A DNA stretch of 64,000 bases. It comes from Candidatus Eiseniibacteriota bacterium (GTDB lineage: Bacteria > Eisenbacteria > RBG-16-71-46 > CAIMUX01 > VGJL01). Made by a program: the position numbers and the translations under genes. Of this stretch, positions 20,826 through 31,663 are shown piece after piece. The notes beneath the pieces are model-generated. The model ran no database searches. It saw nothing but the letters and a program-made list of their open reading frames with translations, and was not told the origin of the DNA. The DNA is taken from assembly GCA_041946735.1 (NCBI GenBank), contig JBHGAY010000020.1, positions 47,238 to 111,237 on the forward strand. The letters are read 5' to 3'. The stretch's first letter is position 1. Every line of letters begins with the position of its first letter.

Positions 20826-22292
20826 CTACGGCTCCTCTTCGATCTCCGTCGCACGTTCGTGGCGCTTGCGGAACTGCGCCTTGTCGATCTTCATCTGCTC
20901 GCGGTACTTCGCGACGGTGCGCCGGGCGATCTGGATCCCCTCCGCCTGCAGCATGCGGGCGATCTTGTCGTCGGAGAACGGGTTCTTCTTCGGCTCCGAC
21001 TCGACGAGATCCCGGATCCGTTCTTTCACGGCTTTCGCCGACGCGTCCTCTCCCCACTCGGTATGCAGGCGGCTCGAGAAGAAGAACTTCATCGGGAAAA
21101 CCCCGCGCGGCGTCTGCACGTACTTCGCCTTCGTCACCCGAGCGACCGTCGACTCGTGGATTCCCACCTTACTGCCGATGTCCTGCAGCGTCATCGGCTT
21201 CAGATGCGACACCCCGTGCTCGAAGAACTCACGCTGCTCCTCGACGATCGCCTTCATGACGTTGACCATCGTGCTGCGCCTCTTCTCGATCGCCTGGATC
21301 AGCCAGCGCGCCGAGTTGAGCCGCCCTTCGATGTACTCGCGGACTTTCGGGTCGCCGTCCTTCCGCCGCATGAGAGCGCTCTGATAGGCCGAACTCACGC
21401 GCAGTCGCGGAATCGAACGGTCGTTCAGATAGACCTGATACGCGTCCCCTTCCTTCTCGACGATCAGGTCGGGGTAGATGTAGCGGATGTCATCGGTGGA
21501 GACAAGCCGGCCGGGGTGCGGCATCAGCTCCGCGATCTGGTCGGCTGCCTCCTGCACCTTGTCGAGGCCGACCTTCAGGTCGCGGGCGATCTCCGCCTGG
21601 CGGCGCTTGACGAGGTTGTCGAACTGCTCGTCGAGGATTCGCCAGGCGATCGTCCCTTCCATCCCCTTCGCCTTCAGCTGCAGCAGCAGGCACTCGCGCA
21701 GGTCGCGCGCGCCGATGCCGGGCGGATCGCACGACTGAAGCTTCGCGATCATCGCGCGGACCGCATCGAGCCCGGCGCCCGTCTGCTCTGCGACCTCCTC
21801 CTCGCCTGCCGTCAGGTAGCCGCGCTCGTCCAGCATCCCGACGAGATACTCGGCCAGGCTCTCCTCCTCCGGGCCGCGGACCATCAGGCGCAGCTGCTCG
21901 AGGATCGCGTCCGCCATCGTCGTCCCCGCCACGGGGACTTTCTCGAGGAACTCGGTCTCCTCCGTCTCGCCGCGCGTGAAGGAGTTGTCGTACTCGTCGT
22001 GATAGAACTCCGACCAGTCCGGCTCCTCCGGCTCCTGCTCGGTCTTCGACGCCTCCACGTATTGATCCTCGCCCGTCGCGACCGGCACCTCCTCGGGGGT
22101 CTCCTTTGGCGCCTCGTCGACGATCGGGTCCTCCTCCTCGAGCTCGAGGACCGGATTCGTGAGGATCTCCTGGTGCAGCATCTGCTGCAGCTCGAGCGTC
22201 GGGATCTGGAGGAACTTGAGCATGAGCTGGACCTTCTGGGTCATCACCAGCCGCATGCCCTGCTCCATGCGGAGCCCCGGCTTCATCTCCAT
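20826..22292 (-). CDS. rpoN: RNA polymerase sigma-54 factor
   Basis: LQIPTLEL, NPVLE, DPPGIGARDLRECLLLQL, IHESTVAR, RpoN box IARRTVAKYREQM. Confidence 0.97.
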   Translation of the reverse strand: MEMKPGLRMEQGMRLVMTQKVQLMLKFLQIPTLELQQMLHQEILTNPVLELEEEDPIVDEAPKETPEEVPVATGEDQYVEASKTEQEPEEPDWSEFYHDEYDNSFTRGETEETEFLEKVPVAGTTMADAILEQLRLMVRGPEEESLAEYLVGMLDERGYLTAGEEEVAEQTGAGLDAVRAMIAKLQSCDPPGIGARDLRECLLLQLKAKGMEGTIAWRILDEQFDNLVKRRQAEIARDLKVGLDKVQEAADQIAELMPHPGRLVSTDDIRYIYPDLIVEKEGDAYQVYLNDRSIPRLRVSSAYQSALMRRKDGDPKVREYIEGRLNSARWLIQAIEKRRSTMVNVMKAIVEEQREFFEHGVSHLKPMTLQDIGSKVGIHESTVARVTKAKYVQTPRGVFPMKFFFSSRLHTEWGEDASAKAVKERIRDLVESEPKKNPFSDDKIARMLQAEGIQIARRTVAKYREQMKIDKAQFRKRHERATEIEEEP

Positions 22293-22328
22293 CCGTGTCG
22301 TCCCCGAGCCTCCCGGCCTTGCTTCGGC

Positions 22329-23099
22329 CTAGAGGCGGAAGTTCTCCCCCAGGTAGATCCGCCGCGCCTCGGGGTCCTCCGCCAGTTCCTTGGCTGTCCC
22401 TGCGAGCAGGATCCGACCTTCGTACATCAGATACGCCCTGTCAGTCGCGTTCAGCGTTTCCCGCACCGTGTGATCCGTGATGAGGATCCCGAGGCCTCGA
22501 TCGCGCAGCTTGCGAATGATCCCTTGAAGCTCCTGCACCGCGATCGGGTCGATTCCGACGAACGGCTCGTCGAGCAGGAGGAAGGACGGCTGCGTCACGA
22601 GCGCTCGCGTGATCTCGCAGCGCCTCCTCTCCCCTCCCGAGAGCTGCATCCCCTTGCGATCCTTCAAATGCAGGATGTCCAGCTCGCGGAGCAGGTTCTC
22701 GCATCGCGCCTCCCGCTCCGCCTTGGGCGCCGGCGTCGTCTCGAGCACCGACATCACGTTGTCCCAGACGGTCAGGCGCCGGAAGACGCTCGGCTCCTGG
22801 GAGAGGTATCCGATGCCGAGCCGCGCCCGCCGGTACATCGGAAGCGGCGAGATGTCCCGATCGCCGAGGAGGATGCGGCCGCCGTGCGGAGGCAGCAGGC
22901 CGACGATCATATAAAAGGTGGTCGTCTTGCCCGCCCCGTTGGGGCCGAGCAAGCCGACGACCTCGCCCGGGCTCACTTCGAGGCTGACGCCGCGGACGAC
23001 CTCGACCTTGCCATAGGAGCGCTGCAGCCCTTCCGCGCGAAGGCTTCCGTGGGGCGATGCGAAAGGACGGTCAGCGTCCGGTCCCGTCGTCACCGCCAC
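22329..23099 (-). CDS. lptB: LPS export ABC ATPase LptB
   Basis: GLLGPNGAGKTTTFYMIVG, RARLGIGYLSQEPSVFR, LSGGERRR, DEPFVGIDP, ITDH, YLGENFRL; start uncertain. Confidence 0.95.
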   Translation of the reverse strand: MAVTTGPDADRPFASPHGSLRAEGLQRSYGKVEVVRGVSLEVSPGEVVGLLGPNGAGKTTTFYMIVGLLPPHGGRILLGDRDISPLPMYRRARLGIGYLSQEPSVFRRLTVWDNVMSVLETTPAPKAEREARCENLLRELDILHLKDRKGMQLSGGERRRCEITRALVTQPSFLLLDEPFVGIDPIAVQELQGIIRKLRDRGLGILITDHTVRETLNATDRAYLMYEGRILLAGTAKELAEDPEARRIYLGENFRL

Positions 23100-23868
23100 C
23101 GCCCTCGCCCTCGCCGTCGCCGGGACCGGAACCGCTGGAGTCGGCTTCGCCGCCGGAGCCTGGCGAGCCGCTACCGCCCGCTCCGCCGCCGCTTCCGGTG
23201 TCCATGCCGCCCGCGCCGCCCACGCTGTCCGCGCCGAAGGGCTCGAGGAACTCATCGCGAAGCTGCTCCCCCTCGCGCACCGTCGCCCGGACGTCGCGCA
23301 GGATCTGGTAATGGTCGAGGTTCGGATCGCTCCGGAATCCGATCCCCGTCAGGATGTCTCCGCCGTGCACGAATCGCACGAACCGATCGGACTGCACCCG
23401 CCCGTTCTTTCGATCCCAGAACAGCTCCTCGGTTTCGAGCCGGTCCCCCTCGGGATTGCGAACGAGGACGTTCCCCCGGGCGACCAGCGTCCCCTTCCTG
23501 GAATCGACGCTTCCGCTGTCGGCCGTGAGGATCGATCGCACCGCGTCCGACCCCTGATAAAAGTCGACCTTGAGCGACTCGAGACGGGTCGGCTCCGTCG
23601 CGCCCCCCCGGACGGCCCTGCGAGCTCGTAGCACCCACTCGAGGGCGCCCGCCGTCGTCTCCCGCAGCTCGAGATCGCGGATCACCTGGACCGGCCCGCC
23701 CGCCTCCCGCTCGCTCGTCTCCGGAGGTTGCGAAGACGACCCGCACCCGCCCGGCAGGCCGGCAACAAGCACGAGCGCTCCTGCGGCGAGGATCCGGCGG
23801 GCACGGCCAAGGACCGGCGCGGTCCGCGTTCGCTCTGCGATTCCGGCCGTTCGCGAGTTCGATCTCAT
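23071..23868 (-). CDS. lptC: LPS export protein LptC (lipoprotein-like, Gly/Ser-rich tail)
   Basis: LTADSG, GNVLVRN, LETEELFWD, SDRFV, GIGFRSD beta-jellyroll pattern; between kdsD and lptB. Confidence 0.85.
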   Translation of the reverse strand: MRSNSRTAGIAERTRTAPVLGRARRILAAGALVLVAGLPGGCGSSSQPPETSEREAGGPVQVIRDLELRETTAGALEWVLRARRAVRGGATEPTRLESLKVDFYQGSDAVRSILTADSGSVDSRKGTLVARGNVLVRNPEGDRLETEELFWDRKNGRVQSDRFVRFVHGGDILTGIGFRSDPNLDHYQILRDVRATVREGEQLRDEFLEPFGADSVGGAGGMDTGSGGGAGGSGSPGSGGEADSSGSGPGDGEGEGGGGDDGTGR

Positions 23869-23894
23869 CCTAGGAAGCGAGCGACGACGGGGCA

Positions 23895-23911
23895 AGCATA
23901 GACTATGCCAA
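23895..23911 (-). promoter_or_regulatory. Candidate sigma54 -24/-12 element upstream of lptC-lptB-rpoN
   Basis: Minus strand TTGGCATAGTCTATGCT: GG-N10-GC spacing, close to consensus TGGCACRNNNNTTGCW. Confidence 0.55.
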
Positions 23912-24898
23912 ACTAGGGGCCGGCCCGGTCCCGAGGCGCAGGCAGTCGTGAAGATGGAGGACTCCCGACGGTTTCCCCTGTTCGTCGACGACGATGAGCG
24001 ACGTGATCGGCCCACCTGGATTCGTCTCCATCCGCGCGACCGCTCCCGCGAGCAGCTCGTCGGGATCGATCGTTTTGGGCTCCGGCGTCATCACGCGCCG
24101 CACCTCGAGCCTGTCGATCGATCCGTAGCGGAAGAGGATTCTGCGGATGTCGCCGTCGGTGAGGACGCCGATGAGCGCTCCGCGGGAGTCGACGACGGTC
24201 GTCATGCCGAGGCGCTTCTCGATCATTTCGACGAGCGCTTCCCGCAAGGTCGCGCCGGCCGGGACGCGAGGGACGTCGCTTCCACGCTTCATCGCATCTC
24301 GTACCCGCAACGTCGCGATCCGTCCCAAGACGCCGCCGGGATGCAGAAAGGCGAAGTGCTCGCGCGTCAGCCCTTTCTCCCAAAGGACGAGCAGCGTCAG
24401 AACGTCTCCAAGCGCCTGGAAGACGGTCGTGCTCGTCGTCGGCACCTCAGGGATCGGCCCGGGCTCCTCGATCGGACCCACGTCGAGGACGACGGTCGAG
24501 AGACGGGCCAGGCTTGAATCGGGCCGGCAGACGATCGAGACGATCGACACTCCCATCCGCTGGAAGCTGGGGACCAGGTCGAGGAGCTCACGGCTCTCCC
24601 CGCTCTTGCTCACGAACAGGCCAAGATCGTCCGGCATCAGGAGGCCGACGTCGCCGTGCATCGCATCGACCGGATGGATGTAGAGAGCGGGAGTCGCCGT
24701 CGAGCGGAACGACGCAGCGATCTTCGAAGCGACGATCCCGCTCTTCCCCACGCCCGTCACGAGCAGCCGCCCGCGGCAGTCGCGAATGCGGCGAACCGCT
24801 TCGCCGAACACCTCACGCGGGAACAGCCCCTCGAGCTGCTCCAGACCACGGATCTGCGAGCGCAGAATCCCCGTCGCGCGCTCCGCGAACTCATTCAT
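23903..24898 (-). CDS. kdsD: Arabinose-5-phosphate isomerase (KpsF/GutQ; SIS + CBS pair)
   Basis: TGVGKSG, HPVDAMHGDVG, SKSGES, PTTSTT, HPGGVLG, LTDGDIRR, LHLHD. Confidence 0.95.
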   Translation of the reverse strand: MNEFAERATGILRSQIRGLEQLEGLFPREVFGEAVRRIRDCRGRLLVTGVGKSGIVASKIAASFRSTATPALYIHPVDAMHGDVGLLMPDDLGLFVSKSGESRELLDLVPSFQRMGVSIVSIVCRPDSSLARLSTVVLDVGPIEEPGPIPEVPTTSTTVFQALGDVLTLLVLWEKGLTREHFAFLHPGGVLGRIATLRVRDAMKRGSDVPRVPAGATLREALVEMIEKRLGMTTVVDSRGALIGVLTDGDIRRILFRYGSIDRLEVRRVMTPEPKTIDPDELLAGAVARMETNPGGPITSLIVVDEQGKPSGVLHLHDCLRLGTGPAPSLA

Positions 24899-25741
24899 CG
24901 GCCGCGCTCCCCCGCCTCCTCCCGCAACCGCGCCTCGAAACGCTTGCGCTCCGCCATCTCCTCAAGGAAGTCGCGCACGCCGGCCAGCGGTAGCTGGGTC
25001 GTCGCATCGGAGAGGGCGCGGTCGGGATCCGGATGCGTCTCGAGGAAGAGACCGTCGGCGCCGGCAGCGATCGCCGCGCGGGCGAGGGGGCGGGCAAAAC
25101 TCCGGTCTCCGCCGACCCCGGGCTTCTGCAGGGAGTGCGTCACGTCGTAGACCACCGTGCAGGGGAGCCGCCGCAGGATCGCGATCGATCGCATGTCGAC
25201 GACCAGGTCGCGATAGCCGAAGGTGGTGCCGCGCTCCGTGAGCCAGAACTCCCCGTCCGGGCGGGCGGCGGCGAGCTTCTCGAGGATCCGCGAGGCATCC
25301 TCCGGAGCGAGGAACTGGCCCTTCTTCACGTTCACGACCGCCGAGGCGCGCGCCGCCTCCTGCAGCAGCCGCGTTTGCCGGCAGAGGAAGGCGGGCACCT
25401 GCAGCACGCGCACCGCCGCAGCCACCGGCCCGCACTCCGACCGGCAATGGACGTCGGTCAACACCGGCAGCCCGATCTCGCGCTCGACCCGCGCAAGAGT
25501 CGCGAGCGCGCGCTCGAACTCGAGGCCGGTGAACGAGCCGAGGTCCGACCGGTTGTCCTTGCGATAGGAGCTCTTGAAGACGATCTCGATCCCGAGCGCC
25601 GTGCCTGTCTCCTTCAGCCTCCCCGCGACCTCGAGCGTCATCTCCTCGCTTTCGATCACGCAGGGGCCGGCGATCGCGAAGAGCCGCTCAGGCGCGAGTG
25701 GCCGCCCCAGGAAGCGGACGGTCCGGCCGGCCGTGGAAGAG

Positions 25742-25749
<8 letters not shown>
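24895..25749 (-). CDS. kdsA: KDO8P synthase
   Basis: [60 protein letters not shown]. Confidence 0.95.
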
Positions 25750-27369
<1,620 letters not shown>

Positions 27370-27373
<4 letters not shown>

Positions 27374-28203
27374 CCCATCCCTCCCTGACGGCCGCCCGCC
27401 CGAAGGCTCCGTCTCGCCCGTTCGAGATCCTCCGGCGTGTCGATCCCGCCCATCGCGCGCTCGGCTTCGACCGCCTTCACGATGATCCCCGCCTCCAGCG
27501 CCCGCAGCTGCTCGAGCCCCTCGGCCTCCTCGAGCGGAGAGGGGGGCAGCGCCGTCAGACGGAGGAGGAGTTCCCGCGAGTATCCGTAGATTCCGACATG
27601 ATGTCGTCGCAGACCGGCCGCTCCCGTGCCGATTTCCGTTCCGGTTCGCGTTCCCGTTTCCGTTCCGGTTCCCGTTTCTGTCCCCGTTCCCGTTCTCGAG
27701 CGAAGATACGGGATCGGCGCACGGGAGAAGTAGAGCACCCGACCGTCGGAGGCGACGGCGGCCTTCACCACGTCGGGACGGTCCAACGCGCCGTCCTCGA
27801 GCGGCGCCACAGCCGTCCAGAGAACCCCCGGCTCCCGGGCCAGCGACTCGGCCAGCCGGTCCACCAGGCGTGGATCGAGGAACGGCTCGTCCCCTTGCAC
27901 GTTCACAACGAGATCGCAGTCCGTCGCCGCCTCCGCGATCGCCTCCGCGATCCGGTCGGTCCCCGAGCGGTGGCGCGGCGAGGTCATGACGGCGACGCCG
28001 CCGAACGCGAGCACCTCCCGAAGGATTCGATCGTCGTCGGTGGCGACGAGAAGACGGTCGAGGAGCCGTGCCTGGGCGGCGCGGTCATGGACGTGATGGA
28101 GAACGGTGCGATCGCCGAGGATCGCGAGCGCTTTGCCCGGGAAGCGGGTGGAGCCAAATCGAGCCGGGATCACCCCCACGATCCGCTGTGAGGAGATCGA
28201 CAC
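27370..28203 (-). CDS. kdsB: CMP-KDO synthetase
   Basis: [68 protein letters not shown]. Confidence 0.96.
27622..27696 (-). repeat. In-frame degenerate 6-nt tandem repeat in kdsB (encodes [24 protein letters not shown])
   Basis: About 12 ACGGRA-like units on the minus strand. Confidence 0.85.
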
Positions 28204-28225
28204 GATGAGCCTCCGTTCCGATCAG

Positions 28226-28254
28226 CAAAGCGAAGGCGGCCCGAAGGGGCCGCC
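28226..28254 (-). terminator. GC hairpin with a weak U-tract in the kdsB-pyrG leader
   Basis: Minus strand GGCGGCCC-CTTC-GGGCCGCC followed by TTCGCTTTG. Confidence 0.5.
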
Positions 28255-28276
28255 GCCTCTCTCCGAGCCCCGCCGC

Positions 28277-28305
28277 ACGATAGGGTGCGGGGCTCTCCCT
28301 GTCAA
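28277..28305 (-). promoter_or_regulatory. Sigma70 promoter for kdsB-pyrG-kdsA-kdsD
   Basis: TTGACA-N17-TATCGT on the minus strand. Confidence 0.7.
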
Positions 28306-28354
28306 CGCTCGCTGCCTACCCGTCCCTGCCTGCCTGCGTGCCCGCCCGTTCCTG

Positions 28355-29278
28355 TTACAGCGCCAGCTCGCGGATCGACGACGTCACCGCCGCCCCTGAC
28401 GCGCGCAGCGCCGCAAGCTCCTCGTCGGTCAGGTCCAGCTCGACGATCTGCTCGACCCCTCCCGCTCCGAGGCGCGCCGGAACGCCGAGATAGAGATCGC
28501 GCATCCCGTACTGCCCGTCGAGATATGCCGCGACCGGCAAGATGCGACTCCGGTTCTTCAGGATCGCGTCGACCATCTGCGCCGCCGAAGCGCCCGGCGC
28601 ATAGAAGGCCGATCCCTGCTTCAGCAGAGCGACGATCTCCGCGCCCCCGTCCCGCGTCCTCCGCACGATCTGCTCCAGGCGGTCGGCCGGAATCAGCTGC
28701 GTCACCGGGACTCCACCGACGGTCGCGAAGCGTGTTAGCGGCACCATCGAATCTCCGTGACCGCCCAGCACCATCGCTTGCACGTCGAGGACCGAGACTC
28801 CGAGCTCCATGGCGAGGAACGAGCGGAAGCGGGTCGAGTCGAGGACGCCGGCCATTCCCATGACGCGTGCCGCCGGGAAGCCGGTCTTCCGATAGGTGAG
28901 ATACGCCATCACGTCGAGCGGGTTCGTCACCATGATGACGAATGCCGACGGGGCGAGGTCTCGGATCCGCTCCGCGATCCCGCCGACGATCTCGGCGTTC
29001 TTCTGCTGGAGATCGCTCCGCGACATCCCCGGCTTGCGCGCAAGACCGGCGGTGACGACCACGACGTCGGAGTCGCGCATCTCTGTCCAGTCGTTCGTGC
29101 CGTGGACCTTGCAGTCGAACCCGCGGACCGGGGTGCCTTCGAACAGGTCGAGCGCCTTGCCCTGCGGGAGCCCTTCGACGATGTCGACGAGCACCACCTC
29201 CGAGATCTCCATCTCCGTCAGGTAGGAGGCGCAGCTCGCGCCGACGTTTCCCGCTCCGACGACCGTGACCTTGCTCAT
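28355..29278 (-). CDS. mdh: Malate dehydrogenase (LDH-like)
   Basis: VVGAGNVG, PQGKALDL, TAGLARKPGMSRSDL, VTNPLD, GMAGVLDSTRF, GGHGD, RTRDGGAEIV. Confidence 0.96.
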   Translation of the reverse strand: MSKVTVVGAGNVGASCASYLTEMEISEVVLVDIVEGLPQGKALDLFEGTPVRGFDCKVHGTNDWTEMRDSDVVVVTAGLARKPGMSRSDLQQKNAEIVGGIAERIRDLAPSAFVIMVTNPLDVMAYLTYRKTGFPAARVMGMAGVLDSTRFRSFLAMELGVSVLDVQAMVLGGHGDSMVPLTRFATVGGVPVTQLIPADRLEQIVRRTRDGGAEIVALLKQGSAFYAPGASAAQMVDAILKNRSRILPVAAYLDGQYGMRDLYLGVPARLGAGGVEQIVELDLTDEELAALRASGAAVTSSIRELAL

Positions 29279-29336
29279 CGGCGATCCCCCCGGGTGCCTC
29301 TCGCCCGATCGCGGCCGGTCCTTTCGCCCCGTAGCC

Positions 29337-29660
29337 TCATGCCTCGGTGGCGGGAGCGTTCGCCTCCCCGCCCTGGGCAGCGTCCACGCCGGCGGGCAAC
29401 ACCACCGGCTCCGCGACGATCCGGACCGTCCGCCGCCCGCTCTTGTGACGCGAGTAGGCGACCCGGCCCGTCACCCTGGCGTAGAGGGTGTCGTCCTTCC
29501 CCTTGCCGACGTTCGGTCCCGGGATGATCCGCGTCCCGCGCTGCCGGACGAGAATCGAGCCACCGGTGACGTACTCGCCGCCGTATGCCTTGACGCCCAA
29601 CCGCTGCGAATTGGAGTCGCGGCCGTTTCGGCTGGAGCCCAGCCCCTTCTTGTGCGCCAT
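29337..29660 (-). CDS. rpmA: 50S ribosomal protein L27
   Basis: [24 protein letters not shown]; about 20-aa Ala/Pro-rich C-terminal extension. Confidence 0.98.
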   Translation of the reverse strand: MAHKKGLGSSRNGRDSNSQRLGVKAYGGEYVTGGSILVRQRGTRIIPGPNVGKGKDDTLYARVTGRVAYSRHKSGRRTVRIVAEPVVLPAGVDAAQGGEANAPATEA

Positions 29661-29684
29661 TTCTGCTCTACCCCTTCTGCCCCG

Positions 29685-29999
29685 CTAGACGCCCTGGAAT
29701 GCGCCGATCTCGACCTCGGTCAGATCGTCCCGGTACCCATTGCGCCGCCTGTAGTCCTTGCGCTTCTTGAACTTTCCGACGATCACCTTCGGCCCTCTCA
29801 CATGGCCGAGCACCTTCGCCTCGATCCGGGCGCCCTCGAGCAGCGGACTGCCGACGCGGACTCCCGCATCCCCCTGGAACAGAAGGACACGGTCGATCGA
29901 GATGGTGCTGCCCGGCTCCGCCGCGAGATGAGGGACCCGCAGCTTCTCGCCTGGCTGGACGCGATACTGGCGTCCCTGGAATTCCACGATTGCGTGCAC
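29685..29999 (-). CDS. rplU: 50S ribosomal protein L21
   Basis: [36 protein letters not shown]; upstream of rpmA. Confidence 0.96.
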   Translation of the reverse strand: MHAIVEFQGRQYRVQPGEKLRVPHLAAEPGSTISIDRVLLFQGDAGVRVGSPLLEGARIEAKVLGHVRGPKVIVGKFKKRKDYRRRNGYRDDLTEVEIGAFQGV

Positions 30000-30041
30000 G
30001 GAACGACCTCCGGTTCGGGTCTTGGCCAAGTCAAAGGGAAC

Positions 30042-30071
30042 AGGCTAGCGGGCCGCGGGGGGAGCGGTCAA
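30042..30071 (-). promoter_or_regulatory. Candidate sigma70 promoter for rplU-rpmA
   Basis: TTGACC-N18-TAGCCT; -35 overlaps the rng stop. Confidence 0.45.
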
Positions 30072-31600
30072 CCCTCGAATTCCGACGTAACGTCCTTTCT
30101 GGAGCGAGGGAAGACGATTCGGATGTCGTCGCGACGCAGGCGCGGATCGTCCCGCAGGTCGACCGTGATCCCGAGCTGCTTCTCGAGGGCGGCGATCCGC
30201 TCGGCGCGCTCGTCGTAGAGGAACGTCGCAAGTTCCGGGTGGACCCGGAACTGAACGAGCTTCTCCTTCGAATGGGCCCCGACCCGTCGGATGTAGCGCT
30301 CGATCTTCATGGCGAGGGAGGGAAGCGAGAGCACCTTGCCGACCCCCCCGCAGCAGGCGCAGTCGTCGCTGTAGTAATGAAGGAGGCTTGGCCGCTCCCG
30401 CTGGCGGGTCATCTCGACCAGCCCCAGCTCGCTTACCGGATAGACCTTCGTGCGGGCCCGGTCGGTCCGTAGCGCCTGCCGGAGCGTCTCGTGGACCTGC
30501 CGCTTGGAGCTCTCCAGCTCCATGTCGATGAAGTCGATCACGACGATCCCGCCGAGGTCGCGGAGCCGGAGCTGGCGCGCCACCTCCTTCGCCGCCTCGA
30601 GGTTCGTCTTGAGGATCGTGTCCTCCGGCGACTTCTTGCCGGTGAAGCGGCCAGTGTTGACGTCGATCGCGACCATCGCCTCGGTATGGTCGATGACGAT
30701 GTAGCCGCCCTTCTTCAACCAGACCTTCCGCTCGAGCGTCTTCGCGATCTCGTTCTCGATTCCGTACTCGTCGAAGATCGGGCCATCTCCCTTGTAGAGC
30801 TTCACGCGGTTCTTCAGATCGGGAGAGAACGATTGGAGATAGGCGAGGATGTCCCGGTACGCCTCCTCGGAGTCGATGACGACGCGGTCGATGTCTTCGC
30901 TGAAGAGGTCCCGGATCAAGCCGGTGGTCATCTCCATCTCCCGATGGATGAGCGCGGGAGCGGCGGTCGTGGCGGCCGTCTGCTCGATCTCGGTCCACAG
31001 ATCGAGCAGGTACTTCACGTCTTGTCGGAACTCCTTCTCCCCCTTCCCCTCGGCGACGGTCCGGCAGATCAGCCCCGCGTTCTTCGGCTTCAGCTCGGCC
31101 AGGATCTTGCGGAGGCGATGGCGCTCCTCGCGGTCTCCGATCTTGCGGGAGACGCCGATGTGGTCGAGGCCGGGCATGAGGACGAGGAAGCGCCCGGGCA
31201 GGCTGATCCGGCCGCTGACCTTCGGCCCCTTCGTCCCGATCGGCTCCTTGATGATCTGCACGAGGATCTCCTGCCCCTTCTGCAGGTAGTCCTCGATCTT
31301 GCCGTCCTCTCGAGCGCGGGGGGGTGGATGCGCCTGTTCCTCGTCGATGTCGAAGACGTCGAAGTCGAGCATCGCTTCGAGCATGTCGGACATGTGGAGG
31401 AACGCGCTTTTCGGGAGTCCGATCTCCAGGAAGGCGGCCTGGATCCCGGGCAGGACGGCGCTGACCCGCCCCTTGTAGATGTCGCCGACGAGCCTCCGCT
31501 CCCCTGGCCGCTCGTTCAGGAGCTCCACCAGGTCGGCGTCTTCGAGGACGGCGATGCGGGTTTCGTTCGGATCCGCGTTGATGACGATTTCTCGGAACAT
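30068..31600 (-). CDS. rng: Ribonuclease E/G family (RNase G-length)
   Basis: ETRIAVLED, GDIYKGRV, QAAF, KEPIGTKGP, IDVNTG, QLRLRDLGGIVVIDFIDM, GLVEMTRQR, CACCGGVG Zn link. Confidence 0.95.
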   Translation of the reverse strand: MFREIVINADPNETRIAVLEDADLVELLNERPGERRLVGDIYKGRVSAVLPGIQAAFLEIGLPKSAFLHMSDMLEAMLDFDVFDIDEEQAHPPPRAREDGKIEDYLQKGQEILVQIIKEPIGTKGPKVSGRISLPGRFLVLMPGLDHIGVSRKIGDREERHRLRKILAELKPKNAGLICRTVAEGKGEKEFRQDVKYLLDLWTEIEQTAATTAAPALIHREMEMTTGLIRDLFSEDIDRVVIDSEEAYRDILAYLQSFSPDLKNRVKLYKGDGPIFDEYGIENEIAKTLERKVWLKKGGYIVIDHTEAMVAIDVNTGRFTGKKSPEDTILKTNLEAAKEVARQLRLRDLGGIVVIDFIDMELESSKRQVHETLRQALRTDRARTKVYPVSELGLVEMTRQRERPSLLHYYSDDCACCGGVGKVLSLPSLAMKIERYIRRVGAHSKEKLVQFRVHPELATFLYDERAERIAALEKQLGITVDLRDDPRLRRDDIRIVFPRSRKDVTSEFEG

Positions 31601-31634
31601 GCCTCCCCTAGAGTCCCCATCCTCCCGGAGCCGT

Positions 31635-31663
31635 AAGCTAACACACGGTTTGTTCCGCCTCAA
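31635..31663 (-). promoter_or_regulatory. Candidate sigma70 promoter for rng
   Basis: TTGAGG-N17-TAGCTT with a TGn extension. Confidence 0.45.
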
